This document shows, piece after piece, positions 28,414 to 39,053 of a DNA stretch of 64,000 nucleotides. The translations under genes were made by a program, and so were the position numbers. The DNA is taken from positions 58,578-122,577 of the forward strand of contig CAWIRV010000003.1 in NCBI GenBank assembly GCA_963838645.1. The letters run 5' to 3'. Below the pieces are notes generated by a model. That model was not told the origin of the DNA and did no database searches. It saw only the letters and a program-made list of their open reading frames with translations. The stretch comes from an uncultured Parachlamydiaceae bacterium. GTDB lineage: Bacteria > Chlamydiota > Chlamydiia > Chlamydiales > Parachlamydiaceae. The first letter of the stretch is position 1. Each line of letters starts with the position of its first letter.

Positions 28414-29094
28414 ATGAGTATTTATTCCTCTTACTTTTTTGACCTCTCTCATTGCCCTTATGCTAATCTGTTTCAACCAGACTCTTATCCTTGGTTAGCA
28501 TTGGCTAAGATTGGACCTTACCTCAGAAGTCTTACTTTAGGGGTTATTAATGGACAAATCTCTCCTTCTGCCTATTTAGTCTCTCCTGAGCAAATCTCAA
28601 TTGGACAGGGCTCAGTTGTAGAACCAGGAGCCTATATTCAAGGGCCTTGCTGGATTGGAGAAAATTGTACGATTAGACATGGCGCCTATATTCGAGGAAA
28701 CTTCTTGGCCGGAAATGGTTGTGTCATTGGACATGATACAGAAGTCAAAAATGCCATTTTTCTAGAAGGCGTACATGCTGCCCATTTTGCTTATGTAGGT
28801 GATTCCATTTTAGGTAATCATGTGAATTTAGGTGCAGGAACCAAATGTGCAAACTTTAGACTCGATCAAGGTCTTATTTCGGTTCATTTTCAGTATGAAT
28901 GCATTCTGACTCAGCTGCGTAAATTTGGTGCCATTTTAGGTGATAGAACTCAGATTGGCTGCAATACTGTCACAAATCCTGGTACATTGATGGGACAAGA
29001 AGTTTATTGTTATCCTTGTATAAATGCAGGGGGATTCATTCCTACTCGTTCTATTGTGAAGACTGAAATGAAAATTGTTGTTAATAGCTATTAA
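28414..29094 (+). CDS. Hexapeptide-repeat (left-handed beta-helix) transferase, GlmU C-terminal-domain-like
   Basis: Consecutive [LIV]-G-x-x-x-x hexads: IGQGSVVEPGAYIQGPCWIGENCTIRHGAYIRGNFLAGNGCVIGHDTEVKNAIF...VGDSILGNHVNLGAGT. Confidence 0.7.
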   Translation: MSIYSSYFFDLSHCPYANLFQPDSYPWLALAKIGPYLRSLTLGVINGQISPSAYLVSPEQISIGQGSVVEPGAYIQGPCWIGENCTIRHGAYIRGNFLAGNGCVIGHDTEVKNAIFLEGVHAAHFAYVGDSILGNHVNLGAGTKCANFRLDQGLISVHFQYECILTQLRKFGAILGDRTQIGCNTVTNPGTLMGQEVYCYPCINAGGFIPTRSIVKTEMKIVVNSY

Positions 29095-29176
29095 TTTTTT
29101 ACTTCGAATTAAAAAGATTAATGGTAAGATCACGATTTCAAATATTTAACTCGATTTTTGCAAAAGCCCCAGTTAT

Positions 29177-29269
29177 TAACTTACCTTACGCAAAAATAGC
29201 GATATTTCGACTGAACCATGGGAACTTTCGCTCAGTCCAAATGCCACTTTTTTTGCGTAAGGTGAGTTA
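29177..29269. repeat. Palindromic repeat family R2, short form
   Basis: TAACTTACCTTACGCAAAAATAGC...GCCACTTTTTTTGCGTAAGGTGAGTTA. It lacks the inner ATGCTCGTCAGTCACCC palindrome present in the long copies. Confidence 0.8.
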
Positions 29270-29307
29270 TTAATATAAAAATTTAACATGCAAGTAGTTA
29301 AAGAAAA

Positions 29308-32001
29308 ATGCTTATGAATAATCCCGTGTGGTGGAAAATGAATGTGGAAGAAATCTGTTCATCTTTCACAACACATATTCGTCAAGGTCTGAGTGAATCA
29401 CTTGCTCAAAAGCGTTTACAAGAAGAAGGGGTGAATAAGTTACCAGATTTAGCTTCTGTATCCATAAGAGATTTATTATTTAGTCAATTTTCCAATTTTA
29501 TTATCTGGGTTCTAATTGTCGCTGCAATTATTGCAGGTTTTCTACAAGAATGGATAGATGCTTTAGCTATTAGTATTATTTTAATTTTCAATGCGATTTT
29601 AGGCTTTATTCAAGAGTATCGAGCAGAAAAATCTTTGGAAGCTCTTAAAAAACTTTCTAATCCAACATCTAAAATTATTCGAGATGGTAAGTTAAAAACG
29701 CTTCCATCGGATAAAATTGTACCTGGAGATTTGATTCTTTTAGAAGCAGGTGATCGTGTTCCAGCAGATGGAAGAGTAATTGAATCTATTCAACTAACAA
29801 CACAAGAAGCTGCCTTAACAGGAGAAGCCGCGGCAGTTCAAAAGTTTAATTATCCTTTAACTAATCATCAATTAGCTATTGGAGATCGAAAGAATATGGT
29901 TTTTATGGGAACTGTTGTTGTTAGTGGCAAAGGTTATATGATTACAACAGAAACAGGAGTCGACACAGAGATTGGAAAAATTGCTTCTCTTTTGGAGAAG
30001 GGAATAGAAGAACAAACTCCTTTACAAATTCGCTTAGAAGAGTTGGGTAAACGACTTGTTTGGGGATGCTTTGTTATTGTTTTTTTCGTCTTTGGGCTAG
30101 GCATGCTAAAAGGATATCCGCTCATAGAACTCATGCTGACGGCTTTAAGCCTAGCTGTTGCAACTATTCCAGAAGGACTTCCAGTCATTGTGACTGTTGT
30201 TTTAGCCATTGGAGTCAGACGAATGGCTAAGCGCAATGCCCTTATTCGACGTTTACCATCTGTTGAAACTTTGGGATGTACGACAGTCATTTGTTCGGAC
30301 AAAACGGGTACACTGACACAGAATGAGATGGTTGTACAATTTATTTGGGCGGATCAAACTTTTTTTCAAGTTACAGGATCAGGCTATCTTCCAAAAGGGG
30401 ATTTTAAGAAAGGTGAAGAGTTGATTAATCCCTCTCAAATACCAGACCTTGAATTACTCTTAAAAGCAGTGTGTTTATGCAATAATGCCAATTTATACCA
30501 AGAAAAAAATACTTGGCAAATTAGTGGTGATCCAACCGAGGCTGCTTTACTTGTAGTTGCTCAAAAATGTGGTTTTACTAAAGAAAAATTAGAGCTGGAT
30601 TATCTTTGGAAAGATGAGCTTCCTTTTGATTCTGAGAGAAAATGCATGAGCATTTTAAGACAGGATATCAATCAAAAAAAATATATATTGTTCACAAAAG
30701 GTGCCTTTGATGTTATTTTAAAACTTTCAGGCCATATTCTCTTAAATCAAAAAGTTTCCCCTTTAACAGAAGATTTACAACACTCTATTCTTGAGGCTAA
30801 TCATCATCTTGCAAGCCAAGGATTGCGAGTTTTGGCTGTTGCCTTTAGAGAAGTTACCCAAGAGAAAATTGAACCTAAATTCGAGAATGATCTTATATTT
30901 CTTGGTCTTATTGCCATGATGGATCCCCCAAGACCTGAAGTGAAAACTGCTATTTTAGCCTGTAAAGAAGCTGGGATTAAACCGATTATGATTACAGGTG
31001 ATCATAAAGATACGGCTATTGCCATTGGAAAAGAGTTGGGATTAATGTCTCGGGATTCTCTTGTCTTAGAAGGAAAAGAAATTGAACAAATCGATGATAG
31101 CTCCTTTATAAACCTTGTCCAAAATATCACAATTTATGCCAGAGTTTCTGCTTCTCACAAACTCAAAATTGTAAGAGCCTGGAAAAAGAAGGGTGAAATC
31201 GTAGCAATGACAGGAGATGGTGTCAATGACGCTCCAGCAATTAAAGAAGCGGATATCGGAATTGCAATGGGTATAACTGGAACAGATGTCACAAAAGAAG
31301 CTTCTGATATGGTTATTACAGATGACAACTTTGCGTCTATTGTTAAAGCAGTAGAGGAAGGTAGAGGTTTATATGACAATATCGTAAAGTTCATTAGTTA
31401 TTTATTCTCTTCCAATCTAGCAGAGGTTTTAATTATCTTTTTAGGAATGCTTCTGAATTTTAAAGATCAACATGGCAACCTTTTTATTCCCCTTTTGCCA
31501 ACCCAAATCCTTTGGATTAATCTCTTATCAGATGGTTTTCCTGCTATTGCGCTTGGATTAGATCCTATTGATAAAAATACTATGAAAAAATCTCCCCGAA
31601 ACCCTAGGTCCCCTCTTTTACCATTACGTCTTACTATTCAACTAGTTATTATCAGTTCAATTGTAACTATTGCAACTTTATTTGCTAGCTATATAGGTTT
31701 AAAACAAAGTAGAGAAGTGGCTCTAACAATGACTTTTACAACATTAGTCATATTAGAATTAGTAAAAGTTCAAATCATTCGAGCTCCCTATCAATTAAGT
31801 TTGTTTTCTAACTTATGGATTCCTCTTGCTTTAGCAAGCTCTTTTGCTTTACAGCTTTTAGTCATATACAATCCTATACTGCAAAAGGTTTTTGGTACAA
31901 TTCCATTAGGTCAGAACGAATGGATTATAATTGGAGTAATTGCTTCTATTGTTTGGTTTATAAGTCATCTGGTTAATAAAGCTTTTGCTTTCAATCGATG
32001 A
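29308..32001 (+). CDS. P-type cation-transporting ATPase (type II, Ca2+/PacL-like)
   Basis: Phosphorylation site CSDKTGTLTQN, TGES-like TGEA, hinge MTGDGVNDAPAIKEADIGIAMG, PEGLP in TM4, and about 10 TM segments. Confidence 0.9.
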   Translation: MLMNNPVWWKMNVEEICSSFTTHIRQGLSESLAQKRLQEEGVNKLPDLASVSIRDLLFSQFSNFIIWVLIVAAIIAGFLQEWIDALAISIILIFNAILGFIQEYRAEKSLEALKKLSNPTSKIIRDGKLKTLPSDKIVPGDLILLEAGDRVPADGRVIESIQLTTQEAALTGEAAAVQKFNYPLTNHQLAIGDRKNMVFMGTVVVSGKGYMITTETGVDTEIGKIASLLEKGIEEQTPLQIRLEELGKRLVWGCFVIVFFVFGLGMLKGYPLIELMLTALSLAVATIPEGLPVIVTVVLAIGVRRMAKRNALIRRLPSVETLGCTTVICSDKTGTLTQNEMVVQFIWADQTFFQVTGSGYLPKGDFKKGEELINPSQIPDLELLLKAVCLCNNANLYQEKNTWQISGDPTEAALLVVAQKCGFTKEKLELDYLWKDELPFDSERKCMSILRQDINQKKYILFTKGAFDVILKLSGHILLNQKVSPLTEDLQHSILEANHHLASQGLRVLAVAFREVTQEKIEPKFENDLIFLGLIAMMDPPRPEVKTAILACKEAGIKPIMITGDHKDTAIAIGKELGLMSRDSLVLEGKEIEQIDDSSFINLVQNITIYARVSASHKLKIVRAWKKKGEIVAMTGDGVNDAPAIKEADIGIAMGITGTDVTKEASDMVITDDNFASIVKAVEEGRGLYDNIVKFISYLFSSNLAEVLIIFLGMLLNFKDQHGNLFIPLLPTQILWINLLSDGFPAIALGLDPIDKNTMKKSPRNPRSPLLPLRLTIQLVIISSIVTIATLFASYIGLKQSREVALTMTFTTLVILELVKVQIIRAPYQLSLFSNLWIPLALASSFALQLLVIYNPILQKVFGTIPLGQNEWIIIGVIASIVWFISHLVNKAFAFNR

Positions 32002-32020
32002 TAGAGTTTCAGGTAACTAT

Positions 32021-32055
32021 TAACCTGAGTTTTGAGTTTATTTCCTTGATTCTTG
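32021..32055. repeat. Half copy of repeat family R4
   Basis: TAACCTGAGTTTTGAGTTTATTTCCTTGATTCTTG lies just after the ATPase stop, with no matching right arm. Confidence 0.7.
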
Positions 32056-32138
32056 TGTATACACACTGAGATTTATTTTCTTGTTAAATTGCTAATCGGT
32101 TAGAATTAGCTCTTTATTTAATGCAAGGCTAGATCTTT

Positions 32139-33032
32139 ATGTTGACTAAATCCCTTTTATTTTCTCAAGTTCTTGAGCCCTATAAAGATTTTATTGAAGA
32201 GAAGATAGCCGCCTATTTGCTTACTTTGGGGCCTAAGACAGCTTTGCGCGAGGCTTGCGAGTATGCTATTTTAAACGGAGGAAAACGCTTTCGTCCAGCT
32301 ATTGTTCTCATGGTTGCTAAGTCTTTAGGCTATGGAGCTGATGTCTCACAAGCTGCTTTAGGGGTTGAATTTTTTCATACGGCCTCTTTAATTGTTGATG
32401 ATTTGCCTTGCATGGATGATGATGAAGAGAGGCGGAATAAGCCGACTTTGCATAAAGTCTATGGAGAAGCTATTGCCTTATTAGCCACTTATGCTCTCAT
32501 TGCAGCTGGCTATGCCTGTCTAGCACAGAATGCTAAAATGATCAAACAGAGCCATCTTCCTTTCTCTCACCGAAGTGACCAATTATGTGTATTGAGTCTA
32601 GAAAATGCTACCTATAATACAGGAATTTTAGGAGCAACTGGGGGTCAATTTCTGGATATTGTACCTCCTAATCTGTCCCTGGCCATGCTGCGCGAAGTTA
32701 TCCATAAAAAGACTGTGACGCTCTTTGAGATTTCATTTGTTTTAGGGTGGTTATTTGGAGGAGGTGACATCTCTCAACTCAATTTAATCAAAAAAGGGGC
32801 AGAGCACTTTGGCTTGGCTTTTCAAATTGCAGATGATTTAGGAGATATGGAACAAGATACTATTAATGGACGTCTTGCTAATTTAGCCAATATCTGTGGT
32901 GAAGAGAAAGCAAAGCAAATCTTCTTTGAAGAAATTTATCTATTTGAAGAGGTCTTAAAAAAACTTAATTTGAAGTCGGAAGATTTAGATATTTTATCAA
33001 AAATACTTGTCCATCAAGTTGGCCAACTATAG
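32139..33032 (+). CDS. ispA: Polyprenyl (farnesyl/geranylgeranyl) diphosphate synthase
   Basis: First Asp-rich motif LIVDDLPCMDDDEERRNKPT and second Asp-rich motif FQIADDLGD. 297 aa. Confidence 0.85.
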   Translation: MLTKSLLFSQVLEPYKDFIEEKIAAYLLTLGPKTALREACEYAILNGGKRFRPAIVLMVAKSLGYGADVSQAALGVEFFHTASLIVDDLPCMDDDEERRNKPTLHKVYGEAIALLATYALIAAGYACLAQNAKMIKQSHLPFSHRSDQLCVLSLENATYNTGILGATGGQFLDIVPPNLSLAMLREVIHKKTVTLFEISFVLGWLFGGGDISQLNLIKKGAEHFGLAFQIADDLGDMEQDTINGRLANLANICGEEKAKQIFFEEIYLFEEVLKKLNLKSEDLDILSKILVHQVGQL

Positions 33033-33112
33033 AGATAAAGAATAATACCAAGTAGGCAAATTAACTTCAGCTGTTGTTTTATACGCCATCTTTAAGCGAT
33101 TCTTTCTCACCC

Positions 33113-34613
33113 TGTAATTGGTCACTGTGTGCCTCAAAAAGATAATTGCATCTTGATTCTCAATATGTTATAAATTTTAACATGGAAGACAAAGATGCAA
33201 TTATTCTTCAGTTAAGACAAGAGAACGAAGAATTAAAAAAAGAAAATCAAGAATTAAGAAAGATCATCGAGGAACTCAATCGTAAAATCGCTGATCTAGA
33301 AGAGAAGCTGGGTTTAAATTCTCAAAATTCTTCAAAGCCTCCATCATCTGATCGCTATCCTAAGAAGCAGCCCAATTCTTCAAATAAGAAAGGAAGAAGA
33401 AGCCAAGGATTTTTTAGGAAATGGTTTCCAAAAGAAGATGTAAGCGAATACATTAAATATTATCCTCAAAATTGTGATGGTTGTGGTGGGAGTCATTTCT
33501 TACCAAAGGCAAAAGTTGCAGAAGCTCGCCAGACGATAGAGATTCCACCTATTAAGCCAATAGTTACCGAGCATCAAGCAATGAAGTGCAGATGTGCAAA
33601 TTGTGGTAAGCAAGTGAGAGCTAATCTTCCACAAGAAGTCACATCTTCTGTATTTGGTCCTAAAATTAAAGCTTGGTGTACTGTTCTATCTGGCAAATTT
33701 CATTTAAGCAAATCTAAAATCAAAGAACTATTTGAGACACTTCTTGGCATACCTATCAGCAAGGGAAGCGTTATAAATACCCATTACCAAGCAGCATTGA
33801 TGCTACAACACCCTTATGAAGAGGCTTTGCAAACCTTAAGAAAAAGCAATACTGTTTATGCAGATGAAACAGGTTGGAGAACTTTAGGAAAAACCAAATG
33901 GTTATGGCAAGCAACTGATAAAGAAGTTGTAATTTTTAAAATTTTTACTAGCCGTGGTAAAAAAGCCTTTCAATCTCTTCTTGGCAAAGATGTCGTCCAA
34001 AATTTAGTAACAGATAGATTAAAATCTTATTACACAAATGGTCTACACCAATACTGCTGGGCTCATTTAAAAAGAGATTTTAACAGGATCGAGCAACGAA
34101 GCGGACCTATATCAATGATTGGAAAATTAATGGGAACTCTGTGCTCTTTTCTCTTTAAATGTGTACATGAGCAGGACAAAATGAGCGAAGAACAGTTTAT
34201 AGAGAAGGCTAAAGAAATAAAAGATGCATTTCATTATCTCTTTAAACTCGCGCTAAGAGCTGATACTCACGATTTTAAGCTTGGAATAACCGGCCGTTTC
34301 TGTGAACGAATGTTAAGTGATGAAGAAAAGCTGTGGGCTTTTATTGAAGATCAAAATCTCGACCTTACCAATAATCTTTCAGAGAGAAACTTAAGGCCTG
34401 CCGTTCTTTGGCGAAAAGTCTCTTTCGGAAACAAAAGCGCAAGAGGAGAGCAATTCGTCGAAAGAATTCTCTCCGTTATTGAAACCATTAAAATTCAAAG
34501 CCGAAATATTCTTGATTACTTGATTGCTTGTTTTAGCGCTAGAAGCAAATGCTTACCCATTCCTTCTTTTATGTGCATCAATTAAACTTTTGAGGCACAC
34601 AGTGACCAATTAC
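33113..34613 (+). mobile_element. IS66-family insertion sequence (single-ORF type) with 8-bp target duplication
   Basis: 27-bp terminal inverted repeats GTAATTGGTCACTGTGTGCCTCAAAAG. Flanked on both sides by the direct repeat CTCACCCT. Confidence 0.9.
33182..34585 (+). CDS. IS66-family transposase
   Basis: N-terminal leucine-zipper coiled coil (LRQENEELKKENQELRKIIEELNRKIADLEEKL), Cys clusters CDGCGG and CRCANCGK, YADETGWR, and CWAHLKRDF. Confidence 0.88.
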   Translation: MEDKDAIILQLRQENEELKKENQELRKIIEELNRKIADLEEKLGLNSQNSSKPPSSDRYPKKQPNSSNKKGRRSQGFFRKWFPKEDVSEYIKYYPQNCDGCGGSHFLPKAKVAEARQTIEIPPIKPIVTEHQAMKCRCANCGKQVRANLPQEVTSSVFGPKIKAWCTVLSGKFHLSKSKIKELFETLLGIPISKGSVINTHYQAALMLQHPYEEALQTLRKSNTVYADETGWRTLGKTKWLWQATDKEVVIFKIFTSRGKKAFQSLLGKDVVQNLVTDRLKSYYTNGLHQYCWAHLKRDFNRIEQRSGPISMIGKLMGTLCSFLFKCVHEQDKMSEEQFIEKAKEIKDAFHYLFKLALRADTHDFKLGITGRFCERMLSDEEKLWAFIEDQNLDLTNNLSERNLRPAVLWRKVSFGNKSARGEQFVERILSVIETIKIQSRNILDYLIACFSARSKCLPIPSFMCIN

Positions 34614-34630
34614 CTCACCCTTATTCAAAA

Positions 34631-34792
34631 TATACTCATCCCAGTTCAAAGTGAGAAGTTTCGGCTGTGCCAAAGCCTCGGGCTTCAAAGATCAAAAATG
34701 TGTCCATATACTTATATGAACCCATTTTTGATCGTTGAATCGCGAGAGCTTTCGCGTTGCCCAAATTCTCACTTTGAACTGGGATGAGTATA
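34631..34792. repeat. Palindromic repeat family R1
   Basis: Copy lying 18 bp after the IS66 right end. Accounts for the spurious ORF 34524-34787. Confidence 0.85.
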
Positions 34793-34829
34793 TGAGCTTC
34801 GAAACAATCGCTTAAATCTATGCGTTAGC

Positions 34830-35918
34830 TTATACTTCAGCTAGATCTTCTATTACGACTTCTTGGTCTGTAGAAGTAGGTTTAGAAGCTGGCTTAGGGC
34901 GATTTTCTTTATAATGTTGAAGAATGAGTTCTTCCACTTCTTCTAATAATTTGCTATTGTTTTTTAGCTCTTCTCTAAAAGCTTCTCTTCCCTGGAATCT
35001 AAGAGCTTCTCTTCCCTGACCTTTAAAGCTAAACCAAGCCCCCTTTTTCTCAATGATGTTAAATTCAGTTGCTACATCAATTACTGAGCCTGTACGCGAA
35101 ATACCTTCATTGAAGAGAATATCAAACTCAGCAACTTGGAAAGGTGGAGCTAACTTATTTTTGCTTACTTTGACTTTAACTCGATTTCCAACTTCACTGT
35201 TGTCAGCTCCCTTAATGCCTGCTGTGCGACGGATATCCAGTCGAACAGAAGAATAAAACTTGAGTGCTCGGCCCCCAGTTGTGGTCTCTGGATTACCATA
35301 CATGACTCCAATTTTTTCCCGAATTTGATTAATAAAAATAGCGCAAGTATTACTTTTAGCTAAAGCAGAAGTCAATTTTCTTAGAGCCTGTGACATTAAG
35401 CGTGCTTGAAGTCCTACGAACTGATCTCCAATTTCTCCTTCCAATTCTGATTTGGGGACTAAAGCAGCGACTGAATCGATCACAATCACATCGACAACAT
35501 TAGAACGGGCTAATGTCTCGGCTATATTGAGAGCTTCTTCTCCACTATCAGGTTGAGAAATTAAAAGATCATCAAGATTAACACCAATCTTAGCTGAATA
35601 ATGAGGATCTAAAGCATGTTCAGCATCGATATAGGCCGCTATACCCCCATTCCGTTGAGCATTAGCTACAATATGTAGCGCTAAAGTTGATTTACCGGAT
35701 GATTCAGGTCCATAGATTTCAACAATACGACCTCGTGGAACTCCTCCAATTCCTAACGCTATATCAAGGGTTAAAGCTCCTGTCTTAATGACACTAATTT
35801 CCCTTTCAGAAGAATGCTTGCCTAGAGACATAATCGCACCGTCCCCAAATTGCTTTTTAATGTGGGAGACTGCAAGACCTAAGGCTTTCTTGCGTTCAGC
35901 TTCAGTTATTTGAGACAT
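34830..35918 (-). CDS. recA: Recombinase RecA
   Basis: Walker [22 protein letters not shown], the L1/L2 regions, and [35 protein letters not shown]. Start taken at the internal ATG ([13 protein letters not shown]), which has an RBS. Confidence 0.95.
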   Translation of the reverse strand: MSQITEAERKKALGLAVSHIKKQFGDGAIMSLGKHSSEREISVIKTGALTLDIALGIGGVPRGRIVEIYGPESSGKSTLALHIVANAQRNGGIAAYIDAEHALDPHYSAKIGVNLDDLLISQPDSGEEALNIAETLARSNVVDVIVIDSVAALVPKSELEGEIGDQFVGLQARLMSQALRKLTSALAKSNTCAIFINQIREKIGVMYGNPETTTGGRALKFYSSVRLDIRRTAGIKGADNSEVGNRVKVKVSKNKLAPPFQVAEFDILFNEGISRTGSVIDVATEFNIIEKKGAWFSFKGQGREALRFQGREAFREELKNNSKLLEEVEELILQHYKENRPKPASKPTSTDQEVVIEDLAEV

Positions 35919-36424
35919 AAAAAACTCCTTTACGTAATTAATAAATAAACATCTCATTTGAAAAGCGCACTAAAAGATAAAGCGAATCAACCCAATCAAA
36001 TTGGCTCCTTAGAAGCCAATGGCCTAAGCCTAAAGAGGAAGTGACGGCGCGAGATAGAGTGTTTGCTCTGTCCTTTTAAGGCATTTTTCGAGTGTGATGC
36101 CTATTCTTAATCTAAACTTTTGATTTAGGTTAAGAATCATCCAAGTTTTATCCTCACCATTCTGTTGATATAAACAAAAATAAAAACTGATTTAGGAGAT
36201 TAATGAACAACAATCATACCCTTTTTAGTATTAAGATACTAGAGGAGAAAAGAGCTTTTTATCTAAATTTTATTGCTCATAATATTTTAATTATTAGTAT
36301 GTTATGTAAAAAATTCAAATGACTACTAGATTTATTTTAACTTTTTTATTTTGATGATTAAAAAAACTCTTGCTGTTTTTTGTGATAAGATATTTTATTA
36401 TTTTTATTGGAGTCTTAGGTTACC

Positions 36425-36620
36425 TATACTCCTTCCAGCTTTCAACTGGGATGAGTATATACTCATTCCAGTTGAAAGCTGCAATTTCGGCTGTGCCAAA
36501 GCCTCGGGCTTCAACGATCAAAAATGGGTCCATATGAGTATATGGACCCATTTTTGATCGTTGAATCGCGAGAACTTTCGCATTGCCCAAATTCCAGCTT
36601 TCAACTGGAATGAGTATATA
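36425..36620. repeat. Palindromic repeat family R1 (with an extra left half-repeat)
   Basis: Same architecture as 27870-28069 in the opposite orientation. Accounts for ORFs 36351-36557 and 36420-36656. Confidence 0.85.
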
Positions 36621-36661
36621 TTCAAAAATCAGGGTTATTAAGCCTTCAATAAACAATTAGA

Positions 36662-37069
36662 ATGGAGTCGTTTATGTTAAAAACAGCTGCCATTATCTTT
36701 GGTATCATTCTTTTAGCTGTAGGGGCATTGGGATTTGTTCCCCAAGCTAAAGTTGGAAACTTGCTTTTAGGGATATTCCATGTAAATTTTATTCATAACT
36801 TGTTTCATATTATCACGGGAATCATTGCTATTTTATCCGGGTTAAGAAGCAATTATGCCTCGCGTATTTATTTTCAGATTTTTGGTGTTATCTACGCTGT
36901 ACTTGCAATTCTAGGATTCTATTATATGGACCGCCATATTTTGGGATATATTGCCAATAATATGGCTGATAATATTTTGCATATTCTCATTGCAATTGTT
37001 ACTCTTTATCTTGGATTTTTCGTAGATTTACCAGCTACTCCGCTTGATCGCGATCGTGATTTTAAATAA
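36662..37069 (+). CDS. Small membrane protein, DUF4383-like
   Basis: Four TM segments. The motif GALGFVP....LLGIFHVNFIHNLFHIITG is typical of that family as I recall it. Confidence 0.55.
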   Translation: MESFMLKTAAIIFGIILLAVGALGFVPQAKVGNLLLGIFHVNFIHNLFHIITGIIAILSGLRSNYASRIYFQIFGVIYAVLAILGFYYMDRHILGYIANNMADNILHILIAIVTLYLGFFVDLPATPLDRDRDFK

Positions 37070-37157
37070 AGGGAATGGTAAGAGGAACAATGATTTTTAC
37101 ATGCTATCTATAGACATCACGCCTGATGTCTATAGACCTGCATTTATTTTCCTGATT

Positions 37158-37739
37158 TTAAAATAAATGATGTTGAGAAAGAGGAACATCTTTTTCATCA
37201 AAAGGAAGATGAAATATTCCCTGTTCTTGAAATCCGACTCCGTAATAGATGGTTTGTGAGGGTAATTGCTTTAAAAAGCGGTCATAATATCCCTTCCCAT
37301 ATCCCAAACGATGACTTGTGCTAAGATTGAAACCTAGCCCTGGAACGAGGACTAAAGAAATGGTAGATGGATCAATCTCTTCGCAAAGAGAGGGCTCTGG
37401 TTCTTGAATATCCCATCGGCCATTTTTAAGGTAAGCTAAATTTTGAACGTGAAAAAGACGTAAATGCATGAGTTCTGTTTTAGGCAATACTAATTTTCCT
37501 TGACTAGCAAGTTGGCGGTTTAATGGCCATAGATCTAACTCCGTTCCAAAACTGGCGTAGGAGAGCACCAGAGAATTTTTCTGAGAAATTGCAGTAAGAG
37601 TTTCGTAAGCAGCTTGTGAGGCCTCTTTTCTTCTTTTTGCAGAAATCTGTGCACGTCTTTGACGTAAATAGATTCGACAAAGCTGCTTCTGCTTTTTCAA
37701 CGAAGGTGAATGAATTTTAATAGTCACTTGGTTTACCAT
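37158..37739 (-). CDS. 5-formyltetrahydrofolate cyclo-ligase
   Basis: LRQRRAQIS...RRKEAS at the N-terminus, VLVPGLGFN....RLGYGKGYYDRFL at the C-terminus, 193 aa. Confidence 0.8.
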   Translation of the reverse strand: MVNQVTIKIHSPSLKKQKQLCRIYLRQRRAQISAKRRKEASQAAYETLTAISQKNSLVLSYASFGTELDLWPLNRQLASQGKLVLPKTELMHLRLFHVQNLAYLKNGRWDIQEPEPSLCEEIDPSTISLVLVPGLGFNLSTSHRLGYGKGYYDRFLKQLPSQTIYYGVGFQEQGIFHLPFDEKDVPLSQHHLF

Positions 37740-39053
37740 TCAAATAAGGAATTTTTTGAATAAAATGGCCATCAGCATCAAATGAAGTAACAGTTCCTTT
37801 GCCTTGAATAACTTGACTGACAGGAACTTTCTCTCCTTTCTTAAAATAATCTCCTCGAATCAATTTATTTTGCTCATATTCCTCAATCATCATTAAGTTG
37901 CCATTGCGATACCAAGCTGTAGAAACACCGTTTTTCATATTATTTGACTATCTCTCTTTGACTCTCCAGAACTCCATTCGAATACCATGTTTTGGCATAT
38001 CCTTGAATTTTTCCTTCATACCAATAAAATGATAATTTGGGCTGGGGTATAGAATCAGAAGAGTTTTTTGAATAGGATTGGATAATCAAAGTATTCGATT
38101 TCTTCTCCATGCTTCATGTTATTTTTAATATGATAAACCCTTTTCAGGCGCCCTTGTGAACTAAAAACTTTGACCTCGCCCTCCAATACCCCCATTTGAT
38201 ATTCCTGGAGTTCTTGAATTCCCTCTTTTCCAAAATCTAGCACGGTAGCCTGTCCCTTGTATGACCTGTGCAATAAGATTTTCCTTTTTATCAAAGTATT
38301 GTCCATTCACTAATTTCCCTTGGTCATACTCTTCTTGGCTTGCAAGTTGATTTTGATCCCAAAAACGCTGAGACGGTCCATGTTTTGACCCCTTGTGCAT
38401 AGGTAATTTGCTGGAGCAATTCTCCTGTATCTTTGTAAATTTCTACTATCCCTTCAATTTGATTTTTAGTATAGGGAATCCGTTTCCACACTTGTCCAGA
38501 AGGATGATAATAGGTAGAAATCCCATCTAAAGCACCTTGTGAATATGGAACTGTCAGCGATTAAATGCCCATCTTCGTCCCAAGCACAGCTTGTGCTATC
38601 AAATAACCATGTCTTCTCTGCTATCAATGTAATATCAGGTGTTCCTCCGATGACCTTAGTTGCGACACTCTGAACGCCATTAGGATGCCATTCTCTATAA
38701 TTCCCAAAGGCCCTAGCATTGAGAATTTCTAAAAATTGCTTAGGATTACCATTAGGATGGTAGCTTGTAACGACTGATCGGACATTTCCCTTCGAATCAC
38801 GCCCATAAATACGTAAGACTTTCTGATAGGATTGAGGTTTGAGAAAATCGACATTTTGAAGCTGACTTAATCGATCTTTGCTGCTAATTGTCTCAGAAAA
38901 TCCATTACGATCAACAATATGCACACTGGCTAAAGGGAGAGGATGTAATTGTTTTCTAGATTGTACTGAACGTTTGGCTGAGGTAAAGGTCACAAGTAAA
39001 ATAAGAGAAATAGAAAACAAGAGACCTTTTTTATAAAGATAATTAAACTTCAT
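37717..39053 (-). pseudogene. MORN-variant (YwqK-like) repeat protein with signal peptide, broken by multiple frameshifts
   Basis: Four successive ORFs (38466-39053, 38161-38400, 38055-38306, 37717-37938) in three frames. All carry the G..x.W..NG......Y..G...G repeat (WHPNGVQS, AWYRNGNLMMIEEYEQNKL). Confidence 0.65.

Noticed and set aside
29934-31394. Minus-strand ORFs 29934-30302 and 31155-31394
   Set aside because: They are antisense to the strongly supported P-type ATPase gene.
35958-36200. GC-richer, hairpin-containing intergenic stretch upstream of recA, considered as an SRP RNA, 6S RNA or other small RNA
   Set aside because: I could not find the conserved SRP domain IV motif (GGAA tetraloop flanked by AGCA/GGA loops) or any other diagnostic ncRNA signature. 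Only generic short hairpins are present, so it is left unannotated.
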